From an uncultured Gemmatimonadales bacterium (GTDB lineage Bacteria; Gemmatimonadota; Gemmatimonadetes; Gemmatimonadales; GWC2-71-9), in contig CAVZZO010000001.1 in the NCBI GenBank assembly GCA_963779755.1, forward strand, positions 1,088,001 through 1,152,000: DNA of 64,000 nt. Reading direction: 5' to 3'. This document shows, one piece after another, positions 1-9,117 of the stretch (the stretch's first letter is position 1; each line of letters begins with the position of its first letter). The translations under genes were made by a program, and so were the position numbers. The notes under the pieces were generated by a model. The model saw nothing but the letters and a program-made list of their open reading frames with translations. It was not told where the DNA came from and made no database searches.

Positions 1-727
1 GGTGCCACCAGTGGTCGCGGCCTTCCTTCATCTGGGCGAAGGCTTCGTCCCCCTCCGCGCCGGGGCGGCGGCGCACCACCACCACATGCCGGATGGAGGG
101 GCAGTCGGCTACGGCCTCGTCGGCAAAGCGCTTGAGCGGCACGGTGGCGCCCCGGCGGTAGCCGCCGTCGGCGGTGATGAGTACTTCGGCCTGGGCGTCG
201 TTGATGCGGTCGCGCAGGCTCTCCGCGGAGAAGCCGCCGAAGACCACCGAATGCGGCGCCCCGATCCGGGCGCAGGCCAGCATCGCGATGGCCGCTTCGG
301 GAATCATGGGAAGATAGATGGCCACCCGGTCGCCCTTCTTGACGCCCAGTTTGCGCAGCACCGAGCCGAACCGGTTGACCTCGCGCCACAGGTCGCGGTA
401 GGTCATGACCCGCCGGTCTCCGGGTTCGCCCTCCCAGATGAGCGCGGCCTTGTTGCGGCGCGCCCCGGCGACGTGCCGGTCGAGGCAGTTGGCCGAGACG
501 TTCAGCCGGCCGCCCTCGAACCAGCGCGCATGCGGCACTTTCCAGTTCAGGACGCGATCCCAGGGCTTGATCCAGTCGAGCCGGCGGGCCTGTTCCGCCC
601 AGAACGCCTCGCGGTCGCGGCCCGCCTCGCGGTAGAGCTCCTCGCCGGCGTTGGCGGTGGCCGAGAATTCCGGAGGCGGCGGAAAGCGCCGGGCCTCCTC
701 CAGCAGCGTGTCGATTTGGTCGCTCAT
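1..727 (-). CDS. acs: Acetyl-CoA synthetase, N-terminal part (runs off the window start; absent from the ORF track)
   Basis: Reverse translation from ATG 727: [21 protein letters not shown]...[17 protein letters not shown]...[12 protein letters not shown]...[44 protein letters not shown], typical of Acs. Confidence 0.95.
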   Translation of the reverse strand, partial: MSDQIDTLLEEARRFPPPPEFSATANAGEELYREAGRDREAFWAEQARRLDWIKPWDRVLNWKVPHARWFEGGRLNVSANCLDRHVAGARRNKAALIWEGEPGDRRVMTYRDLWREVNRFGSVLRKLGVKKGDRVAIYLPMIPEAAIAMLACARIGAPHSVVFGGFSAESLRDRINDAQAEVLITADGGYRRGATVPLKRFADEAVADCPSIRHVVVVRRRPGAEGDEAFAQMKEGRDHWWH

Positions 728-1060
728 GGATGGCTTGGGGGGTGAGGGCCGGGAAGAGGGCGGGCGGCAGCCCCGCCACAGGATCGATGAACCTTATCCC
801 GGAAGGGCGGGAGAGGGAACCGGCGGGTTCGTTGCGGTCGAAGGCCGCAGGTCAAACTCCGGGCAATTCCGGGAAGGACTGAGGATTGAAGACTGAGGCG
901 GACCCGCAGCGAAATCGTGTAAACGGTAGAGATCACAATGGCGGTGATAGGGGCCGCGACCTAGCGACTAGCGACTCAATGCCGCGGAGCGCGGTGCAGG
1001 AGCTGGCAACCCACCCCCTTGCGCCTGCTGAAGTCGTTGCATCACATGTGGTTGCGCGTT

Positions 1061-1076
1061 TGGCACCAGTCTCGCA
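1061..1076 (+). promoter_or_regulatory. Putative sigma54 (-24/-12) promoter
   Basis: TGGCAC-cagtc-TCGCA has the exact 10-nt GG..GC spacing and one mismatch to TGGCAC-N5-TTGCA; it lies about 40 nt upstream of the riboswitch. Confidence 0.65.
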
Positions 1077-1117
1077 ATAGTGAGATGTCGAGGCCGGAAA
1101 AGCCGGCCGACAACTGA

Positions 1118-1218
1118 TCCGCCCGATAAGAGCACACCCGGAGCGATCCGGGGCCGCAAAACTAGAGGTCTCCTCCGGCCCGATGGCCGGCGCGAGATAG
1201 CTCGGTGCCGAAGGTGGA
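1118..1218 (+). ncRNA. c-di-GMP-I (GEMM-I) family riboswitch, A20 variant (candidate 3',3'-cGAMP sensor)
   Basis: P1 TCCGCC/GGTGGA; AAG-A-GCACA-CCCGGA[GCGA]TCCGGG-GCCGCAAAA forms P2 with a GNRA loop and the conserved GCAAA junction; P3 GAGGTCTCC...GAGATAGCTC; 3' GGTGCCGAA; located in the 5' UTR of the STAS gene. Confidence 0.8.
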
Positions 1219-1305
1219 CGCTACACGCGGGAGCGTGATGCGGTCGCTGGAGGACACGCGGCGAACATCACGCTCCTTTTGTACCCGGGCGGTAGGAGGC
1301 AGGCA

Positions 1306-1614
1306 ATGTCCCTACAATCGAGGACGACCATGCTGACCGCGCCGGAGCATCTGGGCCTGGACTCACGTAATGAATTCCGCCGCTCGGCGGTGCAGCTGCT
1401 GGATCAGCTCCCCGAAGGCCAGGGTCGGCTGGTCATCGATCTCAGCGCCACCCGCCGGGTCGACTCCGCCGGCCTGGGCGCGCTGATGCTGGTGCAGCGC
1501 CGGGCCGCCGAGCGCCGGCAACTGGTGGTGCTGCGCAATGCCAGCGACGAGCTGCGTTACCTGCTGGTGCTGACCAAGCTGGACGACTTGTTCGAACTGG
1601 AGTCGGCCATCTAG
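1306..1614 (+). CDS. STAS-domain protein / anti-sigma factor antagonist
   Basis: LVIDLSATRRVDSAGLGAL motif with the phosphorylatable Ser; AGGAGG SD before ATG 1306. Confidence 0.88.
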   Translation: MSLQSRTTMLTAPEHLGLDSRNEFRRSAVQLLDQLPEGQGRLVIDLSATRRVDSAGLGALMLVQRRAAERRQLVVLRNASDELRYLLVLTKLDDLFELESAI

Positions 1615-1627
1615 CAGGCGGGGCTGC

Positions 1628-1697
1628 GGGAAAGGACCGAGAGAAAAGGACCGAGAGAACAGCCGCGTTTCTCTCAGTCCTTTTCTCTTTTCTCCCT
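1628..1697. repeat. Intergenic inverted repeat built from AAAGGACCGAGAG units and a complementary pyrimidine arm
   Basis: gggaaaggaccgagagaaaaggaccgagagaac ... tttctctcagtccttttctcttttctccc. Confidence 0.6.
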
Positions 1698-1745
1698 ATT
1701 ATCTTCCCCCCCGTCACACCCCGACTCCTCCAGCCCCTGACCCTG

Positions 1746-2492
1746 GTGCCAGGAAGCCCCTCCGACATCCCGGTTTCCCTCGCCGATGACGCCCCGCTGC
1801 TCGCGATCCGGGGGGTGACCCGCTGGTTTGGGCCCACCCCGGTCCTGCGCGGGGTGGATCTGGATCTGCGGCCCGGTCAGCTGATCGTCGTGATGGGAGA
1901 GAACGGGTCGGGCAAGAGCACCCTGCTGCGGGTGGTGGCCGGCCTGATGAAGCCCTCGGCCGGGACGGTACTGGCGGCGGGGCGTCCGGTGCATGCCGGC
2001 GATCCCTCCACCCGCGCCCCGCTGGGGCTCATCGCCCACCAATCGCTCATGTACGACGACCTGAGCGTGCGGGAGAATCTGACCTTTGCCGCGGCCCTGT
2101 ATGGTCTCCCCCATCCCGCCGCCGCGGTGCGGCAGGCGCTGGAGGCGGTGGACCTGGTCGAGCGGGGCGACTGGCGGATCAGCCGTCTCAGCCGGGGCAT
2201 GCTGCAGCGGGCGTCCCTCGCCCGGGCTTTTCTTCACCAGCCGCGCATCCTCCTGCTGGACGAGCCGTTCACCGCGCTCGATGCTCCCAGCGCCGACCGG
2301 GTCCGGGCCTGGCTCATGGCGCAGCTGCAAGGCGGCTGCGGGGCGATCCTGGTGACGCATCAACTGGTGGAGGTCTGGGACCTGGTCACCGATGTCGCGG
2401 TCCTGGTGCAGGGGCGCTGGGGGATTCTGGGCCCGCGGCCGGCGGACCTGGGCGAGTTCCTGCTGCAGTACCAGGAGGCGATCAGTGGGTAA
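1746..2492 (+). CDS. ccmA: Heme export ABC ATP-binding protein CcmA
   Basis: Walker A GENGSGKST, signature LSRGMLQR, LLLDEPFTALD; directly upstream of ccmB and ccmC; start (GTG) uncertain. Confidence 0.9.
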   Translation: MPGSPSDIPVSLADDAPLLAIRGVTRWFGPTPVLRGVDLDLRPGQLIVVMGENGSGKSTLLRVVAGLMKPSAGTVLAAGRPVHAGDPSTRAPLGLIAHQSLMYDDLSVRENLTFAAALYGLPHPAAAVRQALEAVDLVERGDWRISRLSRGMLQRASLARAFLHQPRILLLDEPFTALDAPSADRVRAWLMAQLQGGCGAILVTHQLVEVWDLVTDVAVLVQGRWGILGPRPADLGEFLLQYQEAISG

Positions 2493-3165
2493 CGGACTGC
2501 GGGTGGTCTTCGCCCTGGCCGCCAAGGACCTGCGGCTCGAGTTCCGCACCAAGACGGCGCTGCTCTCGGCCACGATGTTCGCCGCCCTGGTGCTGGTGAT
2601 CTTCAACTTCGCGCGCGACCCGACCGTGGTCTCCAACGTGGAGCTGGCGCCCAGCGTGCTCTGGGTCACCTTCGCCTTCGCCGCGGTGATCACCCTGAAC
2701 CGCGCCTTCAATGTGGAGCGGGAGAACGGCGCGTTCGACGGCCTCCGGCTGGCTCCGGTGCCGCGGGGCGCGATCTACCTGGGCAAGCTGCTGGCGAACC
2801 TGATTTTCGTGGGGCTGGTGGAGGCCATCGCGCTGCCGCTCTTCGTGGTGTTCTTCAACGTGGACCTGGGCGGCGCCGTCTTCGGGATCATCGGGGTGAC
2901 GGCGCTGGCCACCATCGGGTTCGTGAGCGTGGGGACGGTGTTCAGCGCCATGGTGGTGCGCACCCGCTTCGCCGAGCTCATGCTGCCGGTGCTGCTGCTG
3001 CCGTTCATGGTGCCGCCCATCGTGGCCGCCGCCCAGGCCACGACCCGCCTGCTGGGGGGCCGTCCGTTGAGCGAGCTTCTGGGATGGCTTAGGTTACTCG
3101 CCTTGTATGATATCGTGTTCGTGGTTCTCTGCACTCTGACATTCAGCGCGGTGGTGGACGAATGA
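2485..3165 (+). CDS. ccmB: Heme exporter permease CcmB
   Basis: KDLRLEFR, ERENGAFDGLRLAP, YLGKLLAN, LPVLLLP motifs; GTG start overlaps the ccmA stop. Confidence 0.92.
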   Translation: MGNGLRVVFALAAKDLRLEFRTKTALLSATMFAALVLVIFNFARDPTVVSNVELAPSVLWVTFAFAAVITLNRAFNVERENGAFDGLRLAPVPRGAIYLGKLLANLIFVGLVEAIALPLFVVFFNVDLGGAVFGIIGVTALATIGFVSVGTVFSAMVVRTRFAELMLPVLLLPFMVPPIVAAAQATTRLLGGRPLSELLGWLRLLALYDIVFVVLCTLTFSAVVDE

Positions 3166-3863
3166 CCCCGTCCATTGACCGGGCCCGGCGCACTATCCGT
3201 CGCGGACAGGTGATCACCGCCGTCGCCCTGCTTCTCATCGTGGTGGTCTATGTGCTGGCCCTGCAGTACACGCCGGTCGAAGCCCGGCAGGGGCTGGCGC
3301 AGAAGATCTTCTATCTCCATGCTCCGGCGGCGTGGAGCGCCCTGCTGGCCTTTTCCCTGGTGGGGATCGCCAGTGCTCTGTACCTGTGGCTGCAGGATCC
3401 CCGGCTCGATCTCTTCGCCGCGTCCTCGGCCGAGGTGGGGGTGGCCTTCAGCTCCGTGATGCTCACGACCGGCCCCATCTGGGGCAAGCCGATCTGGGGT
3501 ACCTGGTGGACCTGGGACGCCCGGCTCACCCTCACCCTGTTTCTGTTCTTCCTGTTCGTCGGCTATCTGGTGCTGCGGGGCGCGCTGAGCGACCGGTCGG
3601 AGCGGGCCCGTTTCAGCGCGGTGGTTGGCATTCTGGGGCTGCTGCTGGTGCCCTTCATCCATCTCACGGTCTACCTGTTCCGTACCCTGCACCCCACTCC
3701 CATCCTGATGAAGCCCAGCGCCCCGTCGCTGCCCGGCGCCATGCTCCGGACGCTGCTCATCTCTTTCGGGGTCTGTACCCTGCTCTACATCGGGTTCGTC
3801 ACGGTGCGCTACGGCCTGGCCCTGCTCAACGCCGCGCGCGAGGAGGCCGCCCATGCCGCCTAG
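3162..3863 (+). CDS. ccmC: Heme exporter / cytochrome c assembly protein CcmC
   Basis: WWD motif TGPIWGKPIWGTWWTWDARLT; flanking His residues in IFYLHAP and RTLHP. Confidence 0.95.
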   Translation: MTPSIDRARRTIRRGQVITAVALLLIVVVYVLALQYTPVEARQGLAQKIFYLHAPAAWSALLAFSLVGIASALYLWLQDPRLDLFAASSAEVGVAFSSVMLTTGPIWGKPIWGTWWTWDARLTLTLFLFFLFVGYLVLRGALSDRSERARFSAVVGILGLLLVPFIHLTVYLFRTLHPTPILMKPSAPSLPGAMLRTLLISFGVCTLLYIGFVTVRYGLALLNAAREEAAHAA

Positions 3864-3984
3864 CGCCACGCCGCAGAACGGCGGCTACATGGTCGCGGCG
3901 TATATCATCACCGCCGTGATCTATACCGTCTATACGATTTCGCTGTGGGTCCGGGCGCGGAACGCGCTGCGAGACAAGGACTGA
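3853..3984 (+). CDS. ccmD: CcmD-like small single-TM protein (43 aa; not in the ORF track)
   Basis: MPPSATPQNGGYMVAAYIITAVIYTVYTISLWVRARNALRDKD; AGGAGG SD; overlaps the ccmC end; Y-x-x-A-A-Y TM segment with a charged tail. Confidence 0.75.
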   Translation: MPPSATPQNGGYMVAAYIITAVIYTVYTISLWVRARNALRDKD

Positions 3985-3995
3985 GGAGCTGCGAT

Positions 3996-4076
3996 TGTCA
4001 CCCTGAGCGCAGCAAAGGGGCCGAAGCCCTCCCCGGGTTTCGGCCCCTTCGGTCGCGGCGCTCCCTCAGGGTGACA
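3996..4076. repeat. REP/MITE-like palindromic element
   Basis: Terminal IR TGTCACCCTGAG...CTCAGGGTGACA encloses an inner hairpin AAGGGGCCGAA...TTCGGCCCCTT; lies between convergent genes. Confidence 0.75.
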
Positions 4077-4089
4077 GGTCGCTTGGCGT

Positions 4090-4147
4090 CCTCAGTCCTT
4101 TAGTCCTTCAGTTCTCAGCCCTCAGCCCTCAGCCCTCAGCCCTCAGG
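4090..4147. repeat. Heptamer tandem repeat (CTCAGCC)n
   Basis: ctcagtc cttagtc-like degenerate units followed by ctcagcc x4. Confidence 0.8.
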
Positions 4148-4832
4148 CCACAGTCCCTTCAACTTTTCTCCCCAGAAGCCAGGTCCACACCGCCCCCGCC
4201 ACCAGGGCCCCGATGATCGGGCCGGCCCAGTAGACGATCTGTCCGGTCCAGGTGCCGGAGACGAGCGCGGGGCCGAAGGCGCGCGCCGGGTTCAGCGCCG
4301 CGCCGGTGAGCGGGCCGCCCACCAGGATGCCGAAGAAGAGCGTGAGGCCCACGGCAAAGCCGCCCACGTTGGCCGGACGCGGCGTGTTGATCGACCCGTA
4401 GTAGGCGGACACCAGGAAGAAGCTGAAGACCGCCTCCACGAAGATGGCCTGGCCCAGCGTCACGGTGCCCGCAATGAGCGGCGTGCCCAGGGCGGCGGCG
4501 CGGGTGACGTGCTCGGGCATGCTCCACTTGAGCAGCAGCGCCCCCACCACGGCGCCCGCGACCTGGGCCACGATGTAGACCACGCCGCTCGTGAGATCGA
4601 GGCGGCGGGTCGTCATCATGCTCAGGGAGACGGCCGGATTGAGATGCCCGCCTGAGATGTCCATCATCAGGGTGACCATCACGCCCAGGACCATTGCCTG
4701 CGCCAGCGCGATGCCCAGGGTGCCGTAGCCGGCGCTGGCCATGTTGCTCACTACGGCGGCGCCGGCGCCGACGTACACGATCGCGAGAGTGCCCAGCAGT
4801 TCCGCCACTGCACGACGAGACAGGGAAGACAT
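4143..4832 (-). CDS. Aquaporin / MIP family channel
   Basis: Two NPA boxes: ISGGHLNPAVS and GAALNPARAFGP. Confidence 0.95.
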   Translation of the reverse strand: MSSLSRRAVAELLGTLAIVYVGAGAAVVSNMASAGYGTLGIALAQAMVLGVMVTLMMDISGGHLNPAVSLSMMTTRRLDLTSGVVYIVAQVAGAVVGALLLKWSMPEHVTRAAALGTPLIAGTVTLGQAIFVEAVFSFFLVSAYYGSINTPRPANVGGFAVGLTLFFGILVGGPLTGAALNPARAFGPALVSGTWTGQIVYWAGPIIGALVAGAVWTWLLGRKVEGTVA

Positions 4833-4927
4833 CGATTCCTCGGGTTGGAAGACAGTGGCGGGGAATTAAAAGGGGAGGGGGGGAGAGATGGTAGGGGCGC
4901 AGGGGGGACGCATGCTTCCCCCCTCGC

Positions 4928-6193
4928 TCACCGCCCGTCCGCCCGCCGCAGCACCAGCGCCGCGTTGATGCCCCCGAATCCGAACGAATTGGTGAGGAGA
5001 TACTCCGGGTCGGACTCCCGGCCGTCCTCCCGGAGGTAATCCAGGTCGCAGGTGGGGTCTGGCTGGTGCAGGTTGACTGTCGGAGGGAGCCAGCGACGGT
5101 GGCTGGCCAGGGCGCAGATCGCCGTCTCGAAAGCCCCGCTGGCGCCCAGCGCATGGCCGTAGTACCCCTTGGTGCCGCTCAGCGGCACCCGGTAGGCCCG
5201 CTCGCCCAGCACCTGCTTGATGGCCAGGGTCTCGGTGGGATCGTTGAGCGGTGTGGACGAGCCGTGCGCGTTGACGTACTCGACCTCCTCCGGCCTGACC
5301 CGGGCTTCGCGCAGCGCCAGCCCCATGGCGCGGGCCGCCTGGCTGCCGTCGGGTCGCGGGGCGGTCATGTGGTGGGCGTCGTTGGTCAGGCCGAAGCCGC
5401 AGAGCTCGGCGTAGATCTGTGCTCCCCGCGCCAGCGCGCGTTCGCGCTCTTCCAGCACCAGCACCGTGGCGCCCTCTGCCATGACAAAGCCGTCCCGGCC
5501 GGAATCGAACGGGCGGCTGGCGGTGGCCGGGTCATCGTTGCGGGTAGACATGGCGCGAATGATGGCGAAGGCGCCGAAGGTCAGGGGCGCCAGCGGCGCC
5601 TCGGCGCCGCCCGCCAGCATCATGGTCGCCTCCCCGCGGCGGATGGCGCGGAACGCGTCGCCGATGGCGATGGTGCCCGAGGCGCAGGACATGCCGTTGG
5701 TGCTGTTGGGGCCGGTGATGCCGAACTGGATGGCGATGTTGCAGCTGGACGCCCCGGCGAAGACCGACAACGCCAGCCCCGGGTCGACCGCGCGCACCCC
5801 GCCTTCGATATACCGGGCATGCTGCCCCTCGGCCTGGGCCACACCGCCCAGCGCGGTGCCCATCATGGCGCCTACCTGATCCCGGTCTTCCCGGGCCAGG
5901 TCCACCCCCGCATCCTCCAGGGCCAGCCGGGTCGCGGCGATGCTGAACTGGGAAAACCGGTCCAGCCGCTTCACCCGCCGCTCCTCGATGAAGTCCGTGG
6001 CGAAAAACCCGTCCACTTCGGCCCCGTTGCGGCTGCGGAACGGGCTGGGATCGAACCGCGTCACCGTCCGGATGGCGGACCGGCGCGAGCGCAGCCCGCT
6101 CCAGAACGCCTCCACCCCGATGCCGATCGGGGTGATGATGCCCAGGCCGGTGATGACAACGCGGCGTGTCCCATTGGTGTTTGGATAGCTCAT
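4928..6193 (-). CDS. fabF: Beta-ketoacyl-ACP synthase II (FabF-like ketosynthase)
   Basis: RRVVITGLG; catalytic Cys (SCASG), His (NAHGSST) and His (KGYYGHALGA); TNSFGFGG; start taken at MSYPN (6193). Confidence 0.88.
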   Translation of the reverse strand: MSYPNTNGTRRVVITGLGIITPIGIGVEAFWSGLRSRRSAIRTVTRFDPSPFRSRNGAEVDGFFATDFIEERRVKRLDRFSQFSIAATRLALEDAGVDLAREDRDQVGAMMGTALGGVAQAEGQHARYIEGGVRAVDPGLALSVFAGASSCNIAIQFGITGPNSTNGMSCASGTIAIGDAFRAIRRGEATMMLAGGAEAPLAPLTFGAFAIIRAMSTRNDDPATASRPFDSGRDGFVMAEGATVLVLEERERALARGAQIYAELCGFGLTNDAHHMTAPRPDGSQAARAMGLALREARVRPEEVEYVNAHGSSTPLNDPTETLAIKQVLGERAYRVPLSGTKGYYGHALGASGAFETAICALASHRRWLPPTVNLHQPDPTCDLDYLREDGRESDPEYLLTNSFGFGGINAALVLRRADGR

Positions 6194-6231
6194 AAGCCCT
6201 TTCCAGGCGGTCAGGCGGTCAGGCGCACGCC

Positions 6232-6696
6232 TCACGCCTTACGTCCCGCTTCTACGTATCCCGCGATCCCCGCCAGCGTCAGTGACGCAATACCGTGGAT
6301 GAACACGGGACCGATCACCCACCGCGCGGCCAGGGGGCCGATGGCCGGCCACGCCGGCCCGGTCCATTGGTGGACGATGGTGACATCGCTTCCGCCGTTG
6401 CCGGGATCGATCTCCCAGCAGACGTCCATGCCGCGGGTGATGCCTTCGATATGGCGGTAACGAATCCGGCGCGCTGCCGGATCTTGCCACATCTCCGACA
6501 CCCACCAGGTGGGATAGCGCACCGGTCCGAAGGGGCGCCAGGCCGCCATCTCGACAATGACGGCGTCGCCCCGCCGTTCCCGCACCCGGACCCGGCGGTA
6601 GTGCGCCAGCAGCTCGGGCCAGCGCTCCACGTCGGCCGCGGCGCGATACACCGCGTCGGGCGCCGCCGCCATGCGCCGCCGGTCGACGGTACGCAT
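6232..6696 (-). CDS. SRPBCC/START family protein (polyketide cyclase / Coq10-like)
   Basis: AAPDAVYRAAADVERWPELL and IRYRHIEGITRGMDVCW patterns. Confidence 0.85.
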   Translation of the reverse strand: MRTVDRRRMAAAPDAVYRAAADVERWPELLAHYRRVRVRERRGDAVIVEMAAWRPFGPVRYPTWWVSEMWQDPAARRIRYRHIEGITRGMDVCWEIDPGNGGSDVTIVHQWTGPAWPAIGPLAARWVIGPVFIHGIASLTLAGIAGYVEAGRKA

Positions 6697-7391
6697 CAGC
6701 CGTCCGCCGGGCAGACCGCAACCAGCCGGTATCCCGGACGCCGATAGATGCGCGCGGGCAGGCCTGCGCCGGCAAACAGGGCGGCGAACTCGGCGCCGTT
6801 ATAGCCGCGGCGGACCGAGGTGACACCGTCGCTCCGGGTGCAGCGGTCGAACCGGAGCAGGGTCGCCCCGATCCAGAATCCGGCCTGCGCCAGCCGTGCC
6901 CGCACCAGATCGGTGGCCACCACGCCGACCCGGGCCACCCGGCGGCACTCGCGCAGCAGCCGGATCGCCGTGCCGGGATCGAAGTGATGCAGCACCTGGC
7001 TCACCAGCACGATATCGACCCCCCCGTCGGCCAGCGGCAGGGTGGAGGCGCAGCTCACGGCCGTGGGGACGCCGCGGTCCGTGGCCAGCGCCGCCGCCGT
7101 CCGGTTCAGATCGCACCCGGCGGGCCGCAGCGCCATCCCGCGCACCGCGCCCCAGCGGCGCAGGTGGTCCGGGAGGTCGCCCAGGCCGGTGCCGATATCG
7201 AAGAGCCGGTAGGCGCCGCCGCCGGCGCGGTCGAGCAGCTGGCGCAGGCCGAATCGCGCCGCGGCCCGGCCGCCGAACCAGCGGTTGCTTCGGGCAATAT
7301 TGACGAGCGATTCGCGGACCAGGCCGGGATCGGCGCAGGGATCGTCCAGGAGCTCGAAGCCGCGGTCCCGTCGCGGAGCGGCCGCGGTCAC
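6696..7391 (-). CDS. SAM-dependent methyltransferase (type found next to type III PKS genes)
   Basis: ELLDDP, NRWFGG, FDIGTGLGD (motif I), VLHHF, RSDGVTSVRRGY; GTG start overlaps the upstream stop. Confidence 0.85.
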   Translation of the reverse strand: MTAAAPRRDRGFELLDDPCADPGLVRESLVNIARSNRWFGGRAAARFGLRQLLDRAGGGAYRLFDIGTGLGDLPDHLRRWGAVRGMALRPAGCDLNRTAAALATDRGVPTAVSCASTLPLADGGVDIVLVSQVLHHFDPGTAIRLLRECRRVARVGVVATDLVRARLAQAGFWIGATLLRFDRCTRSDGVTSVRRGYNGAEFAALFAGAGLPARIYRRPGYRLVAVCPADG

Positions 7392-7867
7392 CGGCGGATT
7401 TCGGCGTAGCCGCCGCGGTAATAGAGCAGCGGCTCGCCCTCGTAGGTGGCGCCGTCCACCACCTCGCCCAGGTAGATGGTATGATCGCCGGCCTCGTAGT
7501 CCGCCACCCGGCGGCACTCGATATAGGCCAGCACACCCTCGAGAATCACCAGGCCGCTCGGCGTCAGCCGGTAGCCGATACCCTCGAACTTCCGGGGCTG
7601 GTTCACCGCAAAGCGGCGGGAGAGCCCCTCCTGGCCGGCCGTCAGGATATTGAAGACGTAGGCCGTGGACTCCTGCAACGCCGCATGCATGTCGGCGGCG
7701 TGCTCCACGCAGACCGAAACCAGCGGGGGATGGAGCGACACGGAGGCCAGGCTGTTGGCGGTCATCCCGGCCGGCTCCCCCGCGGCATCGCGGGTGGTGA
7801 TGATGCTGACGCCGGTGGCGAACCGGCCCAGGAGCTGGCGGAAGAGGGCGCTGTCGACCGGCGGCAT
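7388..7867 (-). CDS. Flavin reductase family protein
   Basis: FRQLLGRFATGVSIIT, GMTANSLASVSLHPPLV, GDHTIYLGEV, PLLYYRGGY; true start is MPPVDS. Confidence 0.93.
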   Translation of the reverse strand: MPPVDSALFRQLLGRFATGVSIITTRDAAGEPAGMTANSLASVSLHPPLVSVCVEHAADMHAALQESTAYVFNILTAGQEGLSRRFAVNQPRKFEGIGYRLTPSGLVILEGVLAYIECRRVADYEAGDHTIYLGEVVDGATYEGEPLLYYRGGYAEIRR

Positions 7868-9117
7868 CAGAGTACCGCCCGCGCCAGGAAGGCGGGGTTC
7901 AGCACCGCGCGCGCCGGAATGAAGTCGCCGGTCACGCCGATCAGGGTGTCGGCCATGCCGCGGCGGCGGCCGATCCGTTCCACGCCGCGGTTGAAGAGGC
8001 CGGGCCAGAGCATGGCGTAGCCGATCAGGCGTTCCACCATCCATTTCCCCAGGAAGGCGCGCCGCCGGGCATGGCGGTAGGGGGCCAGGTCGCCGGCGCG
8101 GATGGGGCCGCCGCGGGCCAGCAGCGGCAGCGCCACGGTGGCCGCCAGCTCGGCTCCCCGGAGCGCGGTGTAGATCCCCTCGCCGGTGAAGGGATCGAAG
8201 AACTCGGCGGCATCGCCGGCCAGCAGGGCCCCATCGCCCACCACGCGGCTGGACCAGGCGGAGAAGGGCCCCGTCGCCAGCACCGGCCCGGCCAGCCGGG
8301 CCCGCCGGACTCGCCCGCGCGTGCCCGGGAGCCGCTCCAGCCGTTCCAGCAGGAACTCCGTGGCGCGGCCCCGCGCAGACTGCGCCAGCGCGGCGGGCAC
8401 CACCACCGCCACGTTGGCCAGGCCGCCGCCCAGCGGATTGATGCCGGCGTAGCCCTCTCCTCCCACGTGCAGTTCGGCGCAATCGCCCAGTCCTTCGACC
8501 TCGTGCACGTGCGCCACGAAGGCCATCCGCCGCGGCACGCCCCGCCGCCGCCGTCCCAGCACGCGCGCGACCTGCGAATGCAGCCCGTCGGCGCCGATGG
8601 TGAGCGTGGCCTGGACCGGGTGCAGCGTGCCGCGTTCGTCACGCAGGGTGGCGCCGGTCACGCGTCCGCCTAGGCGGGTCAACCCCTGGACGGCGGTGCC
8701 CTCGCGGACCAGGGCACCCGCCTCGCGGGCGGCCGCCACCAGCCGGGTATCGAGAAGGGTACGGCGGACGGCGAGCCCGGTCGGGCGCCAGGGCGTCACG
8801 CTGGAGCGGGCGAAGCGGCCCTGCAGCCGGGCGCCATGGGCCGCCACGACGGTGGTCCCGGCGAGCGGCGCCGCGCCCGCGCGCTCCAGGTCTTCCAGGA
8901 CCCCCAGCCGGTGCAGCAGCCGGGTGCCGGCGGGGCTCATGTATTCGGAACAGGCCTTGTCGCGGGGAAACCGGGCGCGATCGGCCACCAGCACCCGCCA
9001 GCCCGCGGCAGCGAAGTGGATGGCGCTGGCCGCGCCCGCGGGCCCCGCGCCGGCGATGAGCACATCGACCGATCGCGGCGGGGGGCCGTCAGGACTGGCG
9101 TTCGAAACGGTAGCCAC
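7867..9117 (-). CDS. FAD-dependent oxidoreductase (geranylgeranyl reductase / monooxygenase family)
   Basis: GAGPAG, FPRDKACSE, IGADGLHS, LAGDAAEFFDPFTGEGIY. Confidence 0.9.
   Translation of the reverse strand: MATVSNASPDGPPPRSVDVLIAGAGPAGAASAIHFAAAGWRVLVADRARFPRDKACSEYMSPAGTRLLHRLGVLEDLERAGAAPLAGTTVVAAHGARLQGRFARSSVTPWRPTGLAVRRTLLDTRLVAAAREAGALVREGTAVQGLTRLGGRVTGATLRDERGTLHPVQATLTIGADGLHSQVARVLGRRRRGVPRRMAFVAHVHEVEGLGDCAELHVGGEGYAGINPLGGGLANVAVVVPAALAQSARGRATEFLLERLERLPGTRGRVRRARLAGPVLATGPFSAWSSRVVGDGALLAGDAAEFFDPFTGEGIYTALRGAELAATVALPLLARGGPIRAGDLAPYRHARRRAFLGKWMVERLIGYAMLWPGLFNRGVERIGRRRGMADTLIGVTGDFIPARAVLNPAFLARAVL

Noticed and set aside
2..745. Plus-strand 247-aa ORF
   Set aside because: Antisense shadow of acs, which is clearly encoded on the minus strand.
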